Shown piece after piece: positions 1-8,495 of a DNA stretch of 64,000 nt. The position numbers were made by a program, and so were the translations under genes. The stretch is from Bacteriovoracaceae bacterium (GTDB lineage: Bacteria > Bdellovibrionota > Bacteriovoracia > Bacteriovoracales > Bacteriovoracaceae): positions 1 to 64,000 of the forward strand of contig JBFGZE010000007.1 in NCBI GenBank assembly GCA_041586955.1, given 5' to 3'. The notes under the pieces were generated by a model. That model was given only the letters and a program-made list of their open reading frames with translations, had not been told where the DNA came from and made no database searches. Positions within the stretch are counted from its first letter, which is position 1; every line of letters begins with the position of its first letter.

Positions 1-1173
1 GGGATAACAGAGGCGATGTTTAGTTTTCTTTCCAGTGGTACACGTCGCTATTCGCAAAAAGATATTGCCAATCACCTTGAGTTTTTTGGTGTTGGCCATG
101 GTGCCAGTGTCACTCATGAATATAGTACTTACCAAGTCGAAGGTCTGGTTAAGGACATCATGCCGACCATGAAAAAAGTGTGCCATTTATTCGCTGATGC
201 CGTTTTTCCTAAAAAGGAAATTAAAAAAGATCAAAGGCGTTTGGCCAATTCTTTAAAAGGAATGGTTAATTCTCACGGTGCTCTCGCCAGTCGCTCTTTT
301 CGAGAATTATCCCTAAAGGGCAGTCCTTTTTATTATCCCGTTGGTGGCAAGATAAAGGACATCAAAAGCTGGGATCAAAAAGCTCTTAAAAATAAATTGG
401 CCTATTTTAAAAAGAATGTTAAGAAGCGTCTTTATCTTTCCGGTCCGGAGTCTATTCTTAGTATTAAAAAAATTGTCTTAGACGAGTGTGGTTTTCGTGG
501 ACAAGGTCATTTTGAGCGCAAAGAGATTGTTCAAAAAAAGACCCTTAAAAGTGGCCCTCAAATGTTTCTTGTGACGGTCCCCGAGGCCAATCAAGTTCAA
601 GTGCGTATCGGTCGCCTGATGAGTCAATCAGAAATTCAGGATCCGGAGCTTCTCACTTTCTCTTATGAGTTTTTAGGTGGTGGTTTTACTTCCCAATTAA
701 TGCGTGAATTGCGAGTCAAAAGAGGTCTCACTTATTCAGTAGGTGCTTTCGCCTCCGGTCAAAAATACTATGGCCGCGCTGGTATCTCCACTTTTACAAA
801 AAATGAGACCCTCGGTAATTTATTACAAGTAACGAAAGAGACGATTGAAAAAATCTCCAAAGGAGAGTTTGAAAGAAAAAGTTTTGAACGGACTAAAGGG
901 AACGTTGCTGGTAGTTATCCCTTTCGCTTTGAAAAGAGTGATATTTACTTATCCCAATTACTTTATCTCGACCACATTGGAATGGATTATAAAAGGCTCT
1001 ATGAATTTCCTCAGTTAATTAATAAAAAGACTCCGGAGGAAGTTGCTCAAAATATTAATGATGTCTTTTCTTGGAATCAGCAAGTCATTGTGGTTGTTGG
1101 GCCAAAGTCAGTGCTTCCCCAGATGAAGAAATTTGGTCGTGTGACAGTTAAATCATATAAAGATTTTCTTTAG
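1..1173 (+). CDS. M16 family (pitrilysin-like) peptidase subunit, probably non-catalytic partner; 5'-truncated by window edge
   Basis: Frame open from base 1; 'LGGGFTSQLMRELRVKRGLTYSV' is the typical M16 C-terminal motif; no HxxEH in the visible part. Confidence 0.85.
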   Translation, partial: GITEAMFSFLSSGTRRYSQKDIANHLEFFGVGHGASVTHEYSTYQVEGLVKDIMPTMKKVCHLFADAVFPKKEIKKDQRRLANSLKGMVNSHGALASRSFRELSLKGSPFYYPVGGKIKDIKSWDQKALKNKLAYFKKNVKKRLYLSGPESILSIKKIVLDECGFRGQGHFERKEIVQKKTLKSGPQMFLVTVPEANQVQVRIGRLMSQSEIQDPELLTFSYEFLGGGFTSQLMRELRVKRGLTYSVGAFASGQKYYGRAGISTFTKNETLGNLLQVTKETIEKISKGEFERKSFERTKGNVAGSYPFRFEKSDIYLSQLLYLDHIGMDYKRLYEFPQLINKKTPEEVAQNINDVFSWNQQVIVVVGPKSVLPQMKKFGRVTVKSYKDFL

Positions 1174-1511
1174 TGATCATTACCGGTGTGGGCCTCAAGG
1201 TTGACTTGGGCCCCTGGTTTTATCGATAGGTTTTGACCTTTGAGTTGACCTTTGATTTTCCCCGTGGAATACACCTCCACAAGCCCAGAGGCCTTAATAT
1301 CACCTTGGATTTCACCATAGATCTTTAAGTTCTCCGCCTGGACGTTGCCTTCAATCAGACCTGTGGGCTCTATAATCAGCAGGTCGGATGTCATCATTTG
1401 AACATTGCCACGCACGATACCTGCGATATGAGTAATACCTTTTAAGTGAAGATCACCTAGGTACTCGCTATGCTTACCGACATAATTAAATTCCTGCTTT
1501 CTTAAATCCAT
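1170..1511 (-). CDS. Bactofilin (polymer-forming cytoskeletal protein, CcmA-like)
   Basis: 113 aa of repeated I/V-x-G-x-I/V-x-G beta-helix motifs (IEGNVQAENLKIYGEIQGDIKA...IKPGAQV). Confidence 0.9.
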   Translation of the reverse strand: MDLRKQEFNYVGKHSEYLGDLHLKGITHIAGIVRGNVQMMTSDLLIIEPTGLIEGNVQAENLKIYGEIQGDIKASGLVEVYSTGKIKGQLKGQNLSIKPGAQVNLEAHTGNDH

Positions 1512-1514
1512 GAA

Positions 1515-2261
1515 TTATCGACCTGGTTCGGGATATTTTATTAAACGCTTGGCCATCAAGTCCCCCGAGCGGGAAAAGATGAGAAATTTAATGATATAAG
1601 ACTTTGATGACTTTGGAATATTAAAGCTGATGACACCTGAGCGAAAGCGACTTGTCGCAAAGATTTCGCCGGTATTAAAGGCAATATTTAATTTTTCTCC
1701 ATCAAGAGCAGATTTGGGCCAAACATGGAGTTGGTTCTGGGTTTTAAGGAGGGCAAAAATATAACCGGCCACTTTTTCATGAGGTTCGCTGGTATTGACT
1801 AAATCATAATTAATGCGCAATTCACTGGCATTTTGACTAATTTTAACCTTTTCGATACTGAGGCGGCGGGTATGAGTGATATCTTTTTGGCCGGGAGCTG
1901 GGGCAAAAAGAATCTGATCAGACTCAAGGGCCTTTATACCTGTTGCGCCCTGTGCGAGGCGCTTTTCAAGGTCGAGATTGAGAGCTTCGATATTAGACAT
2001 CGATAATTTTAATTCAGCTTTTTCTTTTTTTAATAGGTTTATGACTGCCGGTTCTTTTCGCTTAGCGGCCATCTTTATTTCTTTAAAATAAAGTCCAACA
2101 AAAAACAGAGAGATTAGAGCACTGATGGTAAGAATAGGGAGCACATAAACAAATAATTTGACCCAAATTTTTTTGAGTTCAAAGTAACGAGGAGGTGCCT
2201 GGTCTTCGTAAAGGACAAAGGTGAGGTTTTTATCGTCAAATTCTTGGGTGCTGTCTTCCAT
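1515..2261 (-). CDS. Single-pass membrane protein with coiled coil and beta-rich C-terminal domain
   Basis: TM segment (LFVYVLPILTISALISLFFVGLYF), heptad region, lies between LDT and bactofilin genes with 3-12 bp gaps. Confidence 0.7.
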   Translation of the reverse strand: MEDSTQEFDDKNLTFVLYEDQAPPRYFELKKIWVKLFVYVLPILTISALISLFFVGLYFKEIKMAAKRKEPAVINLLKKEKAELKLSMSNIEALNLDLEKRLAQGATGIKALESDQILFAPAPGQKDITHTRRLSIEKVKISQNASELRINYDLVNTSEPHEKVAGYIFALLKTQNQLHVWPKSALDGEKLNIAFNTGEIFATSRFRSGVISFNIPKSSKSYIIKFLIFSRSGDLMAKRLIKYPEPGR

Positions 2262-2273
2262 GATACGGCCTTT

Positions 2274-3293
2274 TTAATTTTCGCCAGAGGCTTCCCTAAG
2301 AATAGCTTGGGGGTTTTCGGTTTTAAAGAATCTCATCGATGGGCGAAAGGCCAAAGAAGCATCTTCGGAGTTGATTCCTCGTTTTGACCATCTTTCTGAA
2401 ACTATTTTCCAGTGATAAAAAGGGTCTCGTTTTAAATAAAGAGTTTTTTTACCTAAATCTTGAATAGTATTCGATTGATAAAATTGGCGGAATGTTACGG
2501 TGGCATAGTCCCCATTGGTCAGGATCGAAATATTTTTGGCCTCAACTTTAGGCCGGCCTGGGCGGCGAAAAATTTCTCGTTTATAATTACGAAAATGGCT
2601 GAGTCGACCACGCGTAGGGTCTCGGAAAAGAGGGTGGTAATGGCCGATATAGCTGTTGAGGTCTTCTTCCTGCCACGCCTTGAGCCAGTTGTCGACCATC
2701 ATTTGCAATTCTGTCTTTTTTGTTTGCCAAGCTTTTTGATTGAGATACTTCAATTCATGGACGACGATAATGCTCGTGCGGTGCAATTGAATATAGCGTG
2801 CGATATCAATAAGGTCCTTATTGGCGGCAACAACGCAACCACGAGAGTCGAGGCCTTTATCAATACGGGTTTCATCGTTGGTCGAATGTAGCCAGATGCC
2901 GTTGCCCGTTTTAGCATCGAGGTTATCCATGGGGTTGGGATAATCCATGACAAAGGCCCCCACACCATAAATTTTACCTTGCTCGCCATGTTTTTTTAAC
3001 AGCGAGGCGCGAGTGAGGAAGTCGGTGAAAAAGTAAACACCCTCTGGAGTGCGGTGGTCCCCCTGGTATTGTTTATCGCCGGCCTTTTTACCGGTGACCA
3101 TTTTATAGCTTTGAATAAGCTTTGGGGTGCCCATATTATTTTGAAAAAGGTGGAGTTGGTGGGTTGATTTTTCGGCAATGATGACATGGTGAGAGAAATA
3201 ACTATCCAGATGCAAAAGGACCTCAGGGTAAAATCCTTGAGCAAAAGAGTTTCCTAGAACCAAGGACATGGCCATAAAAATAATGCTTTTCAT
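2274..3293 (-). CDS. L,D-transpeptidase/carboxypeptidase (YkuD domain) with C-terminal NTF2-like domain, Csd6/Pgp2/Bd1075-like
   Basis: Signal peptide; GDK..GDHRTPEGVY; DYPN; catalytic IWLH...SRGCV; C-terminal WLKAW..D...YIGHY...TVTFRQFYQS...KTLYL...WKIVSE. Confidence 0.85.
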   Translation of the reverse strand: MKSIIFMAMSLVLGNSFAQGFYPEVLLHLDSYFSHHVIIAEKSTHQLHLFQNNMGTPKLIQSYKMVTGKKAGDKQYQGDHRTPEGVYFFTDFLTRASLLKKHGEQGKIYGVGAFVMDYPNPMDNLDAKTGNGIWLHSTNDETRIDKGLDSRGCVVAANKDLIDIARYIQLHRTSIIVVHELKYLNQKAWQTKKTELQMMVDNWLKAWQEEDLNSYIGHYHPLFRDPTRGRLSHFRNYKREIFRRPGRPKVEAKNISILTNGDYATVTFRQFYQSNTIQDLGKKTLYLKRDPFYHWKIVSERWSKRGINSEDASLAFRPSMRFFKTENPQAILREASGEN

Positions 3294-3439
3294 ACAATTC
3301 CACCAAAATTCAAATATTTCCTTAATTTTAATCTAATTAAAAACGTCTGGGCAATAGTTTTCCATGGTCAATTGGCCTAAATATCCCATTGATAAATATT
3401 AACTCTTTGATATGATTAAATTAATGCTCTATATAAAAA

Positions 3440-6136
3440 ATGGAACTATCTGTGAGTCGATTAGCATTTTATACAACTAATGATGAATTTCATGACTGGG
3501 TTCTGTCAGTTTGGCCTAAAAATAGCGTTCTCGTTTCTTCTAATATCGAAGATATTGTTACTTGGTGCACAGAGTCTCGCCATTCAGTGACTTTTATTGA
3601 TCTCGAAAATGAGGTGGAAGGTCTGGCGATTAATGCTGCCTTAACTGAACATCAAAGTATTGGTCGTTTTTTACTAAGTGATGGTCAAGGTCTACAAAAG
3701 CTAAAGCAATTACAAATGGGCCCTCACGCCGCTGAAGGTATAATAAAAAAACCGGTGAGTGAGGAGATCATTAAAGAGCTTATCAGTGACTACGCTCGGG
3801 TGCTCGAGATCAGTGAAGATCCAAATAAGCATGAAGGGGTGGGTTTAGAGGACATTCCCACCAGTATACTTCGTTTTCGCGCTCCAGGAACTAACACGAA
3901 TATTTCTAAAGATAATTTGGTTGATGAGGAGATAACCTCGAGTGAGGTGATTGCTGCTAAAGAGTATAAGGTCGATCCCGAGGTGAGGGAGCAAGTTAAG
4001 CGCCATACCAGTGATGGGGTGGACTTTGATAATACTCTCAATCGTAATATTCAGGCCACCTTCGACGATCTTTACGATCTTGAAGACCGAGGTGCCACAG
4101 AAATCATTGATAATGAAATTGGGCCCGGGAAAGATTTTTTTGAAAAGGAAGAGGACGAAGAAATTATCGAACTAAATGAAGGAAAAATTGTCGATGAGAG
4201 TACATTATGCGTGTCTCTCGACTTTGACAACGAGACGAATCATGCGCTACCTCGTCAAGAAGTTCTTCAGGATGATGTGTTGCTCGATGATCAGGAAGAC
4301 CTTCAGGATGATGTGTTGCTCGATGATCAGGAAGTTCTTCAGGATGATGTGTTGCTCGATGATCAGGATGTCCTTCAGGATGATGAGTTGCTTGATACTC
4401 AGGAGGATAAACCTCTTTTAGAAAGCTCCGGTGAAGGGACTCTTATTGATTTTGAGGATGATGACCTCAATGAGGATATCGATATTGAATTTACTAAATC
4501 CGAGCACCAGATCTCCCCAGAGTTAATTCAAGCTGGTGAAAAAAGCCCTGTTTCTTTAGAGGTTGTTGAGGAAGAGCAATCGGTTCAAGGAGGGGACATT
4601 GACCTTGATCTTGACTTTGATTTTGACCTGGATCCAGGTGAAGATGTCTCATTAAACCTTGCCCCAACTAATGGAGAAGCAGAAACTGCGCCAGAACCTA
4701 CACCAGAGCCTTCATTTTCTGCTATAGAATTAGAGGATGAGGAAGCCGACCTCGTACTTACTGAGGAGTCTTCCCCACAGAATAATGTCACTGAGAATGG
4801 TTTGGACCTCGAACTTTTAGATGATGATAGCGGTATAATTGTCGAATCAAGTCAGTCGGGTCCGGTTGAAGATGATGATAATGGTCTTCTTAACTTTCAG
4901 GTCGGTCATTATGAAGGAGTGGAGGAAAGTTCACTCTCGATTGAGGATGACCAAAGCTTTAATCAAAGTGATGAAATTAACTTTGCCGACATGGTCACTG
5001 ATGATTCGCCAGAAGAACTCGTCGCCGAGGAGGGAGAAAGTACCCTCTCTGAAGTGGATGCTGGCGTCAGCTCTGATCATTATACCCAGTCGACTTTAGT
5101 AGGCTCAGAAGATATTGTGAATGTTATTGAGGTTATTGAGAAAAAACCTTACGAAGAGTCAATTCATGAGATTACAGAGCTCGATTTCGAGGATATTAAT
5201 GTCGATGATGATGAATCCACGTCAAATCTTTTGATGGACGAGAATTCTTCGGTGAAAGATAGTGAAACCCCGCCAAATGTTGAACAAAAAGTTAAAACAG
5301 ATATTAAGGACATCGATTTTGTCGCTAGCGATGATCATCAAGACCCACCGACGGATTATGATGATGACGATCTTTCGACGGTTTTAGATGATCTTGACTT
5401 TGTACCACAATTTCCCTCTGAAGAAGATTTAATGATTCCTGATGCGACCTCCAGCAAGAGGAATCAAATGCCGGCTTCTCCGCCAAATTTTAGTGAGCAA
5501 AATGGATCAGAAGTAGGGGAGTATTTGGCCTCTCAGGAGTTGAACCAAATTCGGCAAACATTGGCGCAGATGGATTTAGAGCGCGAAAAATTATTAAGTA
5601 AAATAACTCTTTTAGATGGTGAGAATTCGTTATTAATAAAGGATATTTCCGGACTTAAAAGTCAGCTAGAAGAGAAAAATCTGACTTTAAAAATGGTGGA
5701 AGAAGAGTTTAAAAGTGAGAAAAAAGAGCTGCTCTTACGGCTTAGTAAATTAGAAAAAGGTAAGCTCCTTCATCAAGATAAAGTTAAAGAAATTGATACA
5801 GAAATTGAAAAAATACAAGGCCAAGCTCGACTTGATCTGTCTGTCATTAAAAGGCGAGAAGGTGAATTAGAGTCCCGTCTAGAGCTTTTACGGATGGACT
5901 CTGAGAATCAAGTCAAGGCCCGCGATATGAAAATTCTTGATCTTAAACGCAAGATCGATCAATTAGAATTTAATATGGAAAATGCAGTGATTCGTGAACA
6001 TAAGGCCAAAGAAGATAAAATGAAATTGGAGCTTAAGTTAAATAAATTATTGCGGAGTTTAAAAGGATCTCTTCAATTCATATCGGATGAAGTTGAAATC
6101 GACCCAGAATTAGAAGATGAGCTAAGGAAATTATGA
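3440..6136 (+). CDS. Large acidic protein: N-terminal pseudo-receiver domain, long D/E-rich disordered linker, C-terminal coiled coil
   Basis: 898-aa ORF; 'VTFIDLE...GIIKKPVS' resembles REC beta3/beta5; C-terminal ~200 aa heptad-rich. Confidence 0.7.
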   Translation: MELSVSRLAFYTTNDEFHDWVLSVWPKNSVLVSSNIEDIVTWCTESRHSVTFIDLENEVEGLAINAALTEHQSIGRFLLSDGQGLQKLKQLQMGPHAAEGIIKKPVSEEIIKELISDYARVLEISEDPNKHEGVGLEDIPTSILRFRAPGTNTNISKDNLVDEEITSSEVIAAKEYKVDPEVREQVKRHTSDGVDFDNTLNRNIQATFDDLYDLEDRGATEIIDNEIGPGKDFFEKEEDEEIIELNEGKIVDESTLCVSLDFDNETNHALPRQEVLQDDVLLDDQEDLQDDVLLDDQEVLQDDVLLDDQDVLQDDELLDTQEDKPLLESSGEGTLIDFEDDDLNEDIDIEFTKSEHQISPELIQAGEKSPVSLEVVEEEQSVQGGDIDLDLDFDFDLDPGEDVSLNLAPTNGEAETAPEPTPEPSFSAIELEDEEADLVLTEESSPQNNVTENGLDLELLDDDSGIIVESSQSGPVEDDDNGLLNFQVGHYEGVEESSLSIEDDQSFNQSDEINFADMVTDDSPEELVAEEGESTLSEVDAGVSSDHYTQSTLVGSEDIVNVIEVIEKKPYEESIHEITELDFEDINVDDDESTSNLLMDENSSVKDSETPPNVEQKVKTDIKDIDFVASDDHQDPPTDYDDDDLSTVLDDLDFVPQFPSEEDLMIPDATSSKRNQMPASPPNFSEQNGSEVGEYLASQELNQIRQTLAQMDLEREKLLSKITLLDGENSLLIKDISGLKSQLEEKNLTLKMVEEEFKSEKKELLLRLSKLEKGKLLHQDKVKEIDTEIEKIQGQARLDLSVIKRREGELESRLELLRMDSENQVKARDMKILDLKRKIDQLEFNMENAVIREHKAKEDKMKLELKLNKLLRSLKGSLQFISDEVEIDPELEDELRKL
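4256..4399 (+). repeat. Intragenic tandem repeat, 4 x 36 bp (QEVLQDDVLLDD-type 12-mer)
   Basis: Consensus caggaagttcttcaggatgatgtgttgctcgatgat; units start at 4256, 4292, 4328 and 4364. Confidence 0.95.
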
Positions 6137-7152
6137 AAGATATTACAGAAGTTAAAAGAGATATGGCGGATTTGCTAAGATTTATGGAGTTTATTTCTAG
6201 CTTCGAAGTCTATGGAGATTTTAAAAAACTGTTTGAAAGCTTAGACGAGTTCTTGCAAGAGAAGTTAAATGCTGGGCCTCTTTTTGTCATCAGTCGGCCT
6301 AAGGACCAGGCCCAATTTAAAGGAAAAGTAGGTTATAAGCGGAATATCTGGAATAAAAAAAAGTACCCAAGTATGGCCAAGATTTTGGATCCGCTATTTG
6401 CTTCTATCCCAGTAACGAACGAGCAAGAGTATATTCGATATTTTCCCGATGAAGGGCAAGTTCTTTTTTACTGTGGAGAAATGACCCGCCAACGTTATTT
6501 TGGTTCCTTTAGTATCGATCGTGTACCAAGTCCCTATGTCTTAGAATTCCTTGTTAAATTTATGAACTCCATATCCAAGGCCTATCATCACTTTCGCGAT
6601 TTAGAAAAGAAGCAATTCCTTATTTACATTGATGACATTACAGGTCTTTATAACCAAAGAAAATTATTATTAGATTTGGATAAGTCAATTGAGCTCTATA
6701 ATGAAAAAAAAGAGGAATTTGTTGTCCTTTTTATTGATATCGACCATATTAAAAATGTTAACGATGGCCACGGGCATCTCGTTGGAACTCATTTATTATT
6801 AGAAGTGGCTAAATTATTTAAATCAGTTCTAAGAGAAACTGATTATCTCTACCGATATGGCGGTGATGAATTCGTTGTGATTCTACCGGATGTCAGTATG
6901 TCCATTGGTCAAGAGGTTGGAGAAAGGCTATTAGAAATTGTCAAGCGCACGCCCTTTGATATTCGCGATATCGAGGGGGTCGAAGTGAAAAAAGGTGAGC
7001 GTAAAAAACTAAACCTTACAATATCTATTGGTGTCGCAAATTTTCCTCAAAATGCCACATCAAAAGACGAAATTCTTAATATCGCCGATCGTATGATGTA
7101 TCACGCGAAGGAAAGAGGCCGTGGTCGGGTGTGCATGGCAAGTGAAATCTAA
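6133..7152 (+). CDS. Diguanylate cyclase (GGDEF)
   Basis: DDITGLYNQR, FIDID, RYGGDEF, intact RxxD I-site (RETD), ADRMMYHAKERGRGRV; ATGA overlap with upstream gene. Confidence 0.95.
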   Translation: MKDITEVKRDMADLLRFMEFISSFEVYGDFKKLFESLDEFLQEKLNAGPLFVISRPKDQAQFKGKVGYKRNIWNKKKYPSMAKILDPLFASIPVTNEQEYIRYFPDEGQVLFYCGEMTRQRYFGSFSIDRVPSPYVLEFLVKFMNSISKAYHHFRDLEKKQFLIYIDDITGLYNQRKLLLDLDKSIELYNEKKEEFVVLFIDIDHIKNVNDGHGHLVGTHLLLEVAKLFKSVLRETDYLYRYGGDEFVVILPDVSMSIGQEVGERLLEIVKRTPFDIRDIEGVEVKKGERKKLNLTISIGVANFPQNATSKDEILNIADRMMYHAKERGRGRVCMASEI

Positions 7153-7952
7153 GTAGTGACGATATCAAAGATGGTTTTATAAACATCTGGTAATTTCTTA
7201 AAATTTAGAGTTGTCATAAAAATCTCAATGGCCGGTATCGAGGAAGAAATATCCATATAGTGAAATTGCTCTAATTCATCTTCAATAAGGTGGTCGGGAA
7301 CAACCGCCAGGCCATGTCCCTCTTGGACCATATGTACAATCATATCCATCGATTGAATGGTATGAATTTTTTTAGATGGTTTTTTTGACAACTTAAAAAG
7401 GTTATCATGGGGGCCGTAAACAATCCACGGCGATTCATGGAGTTGGCGTCGGTTAAATTCAAAATTGCTAATTAAGTAAAATTTCTCTTTAAAAAGACGT
7501 AGAGAACTTAAAAGGTCTGATTGGATATTTTGTGTGGAAAAAATAATGTCCAACGTTCCTGTTTCAATTTGCTCCTTCAATTGATTAATGTCGGCAGCGA
7601 TTAACTCAATAGGGTTGTTTAATTGTTTGGCGATTTCAGTTAATCTTGGAGGAAACCAAGAGTGAAAGAGACCTTGAAGCGCACCGATTTTAATAGGAGC
7701 TTGGGCCTCTTGGGAGACCATTTCATAAATAGTGGAATCAAATTGTTTGATGGCCAAGAAAATTTCTTTGCCTTTTGTGGTGAGGACCATACGCTTGGAG
7801 TTACGGATAATAAGCTCTTGGCCCAGACTTTCTTCTAATAATTTTACCTGACGGCTAACGGCGCTCTGAGCGATATTAAGCTCTAAAGCGGCTTTGGAAA
7901 AACTTTGGTAGGTGGCAGTAAGAAGAAAGGCCTTGAGGTATCGATAATCCAC
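7149..7952 (-). CDS. LysR family transcriptional regulator
   Basis: N-terminal HTH SFSKAALELNIAQSAVSRQVKLLEESLG. Confidence 0.93.
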   Translation of the reverse strand: MDYRYLKAFLLTATYQSFSKAALELNIAQSAVSRQVKLLEESLGQELIIRNSKRMVLTTKGKEIFLAIKQFDSTIYEMVSQEAQAPIKIGALQGLFHSWFPPRLTEIAKQLNNPIELIAADINQLKEQIETGTLDIIFSTQNIQSDLLSSLRLFKEKFYLISNFEFNRRQLHESPWIVYGPHDNLFKLSKKPSKKIHTIQSMDMIVHMVQEGHGLAVVPDHLIEDELEQFHYMDISSSIPAIEIFMTTLNFKKLPDVYKTIFDIVTT

Positions 7953-8375
7953 TTATTTGAGTCCTTGGCCGATAGGCGGAACCTTGTCAGGATGGCCACG
8001 CCAAAATTTACCATGGTAATCTTTTTGCGCTAAGTTATTTATCACAAATCCCTCTTGCCCTGAATTGAAGTCTTGGTGGTAATCAATTTCAACTTTTTGT
8101 AAATAAAAGGCGGCGAAAGGATCTAAGGCCATTTCAAGATGAGTGTTATCATCTCCAATTTCGAGAATAAAATCCTCTTCCATAAGATCGGTAAAACCGG
8201 CCGAATAGGTAAACCCATTGCAGCCTTTTCCTGAAATAAGAATACGAAAGTATTTACCGACAAGTGTAAAATCATTATCTGTAATGAGTTTCAATTGAGA
8301 CTTTGCCTGCTCTGTTAAGGTTATTTCCGGCAGATTGATTTGTGTGCGGTCTATGGAATTGTTGGCATTGTCCAT
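7953..8375 (-). CDS. HesB/IscA-like A-type carrier protein, atypical (no C-terminal CxC)
   Basis: ITLTEQA...FRILISGKGCNGFTY...IDY...EGFVINN; stop abuts lysR start. Confidence 0.8.
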   Translation of the reverse strand: MDNANNSIDRTQINLPEITLTEQAKSQLKLITDNDFTLVGKYFRILISGKGCNGFTYSAGFTDLMEEDFILEIGDDNTHLEMALDPFAAFYLQKVEIDYHQDFNSGQEGFVINNLAQKDYHGKFWRGHPDKVPPIGQGLK

Positions 8376-8495
8376 TGCTATATATCTCGTTGCTTTTGGC
8401 CCTTGTTGGGCCTTTAAAATTTCGATATGATCTGTAAAATTTAGCTTTAAATATCCAAGGCATTATCTTTTGCCAAGTAAAAAAAAGGCCCCCTT

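Noticed and set aside
4256..4399. 36-bp repeats as a CRISPR array
   Set aside because: Units are contiguous with no spacers, in frame within a CDS, and there are no cas genes
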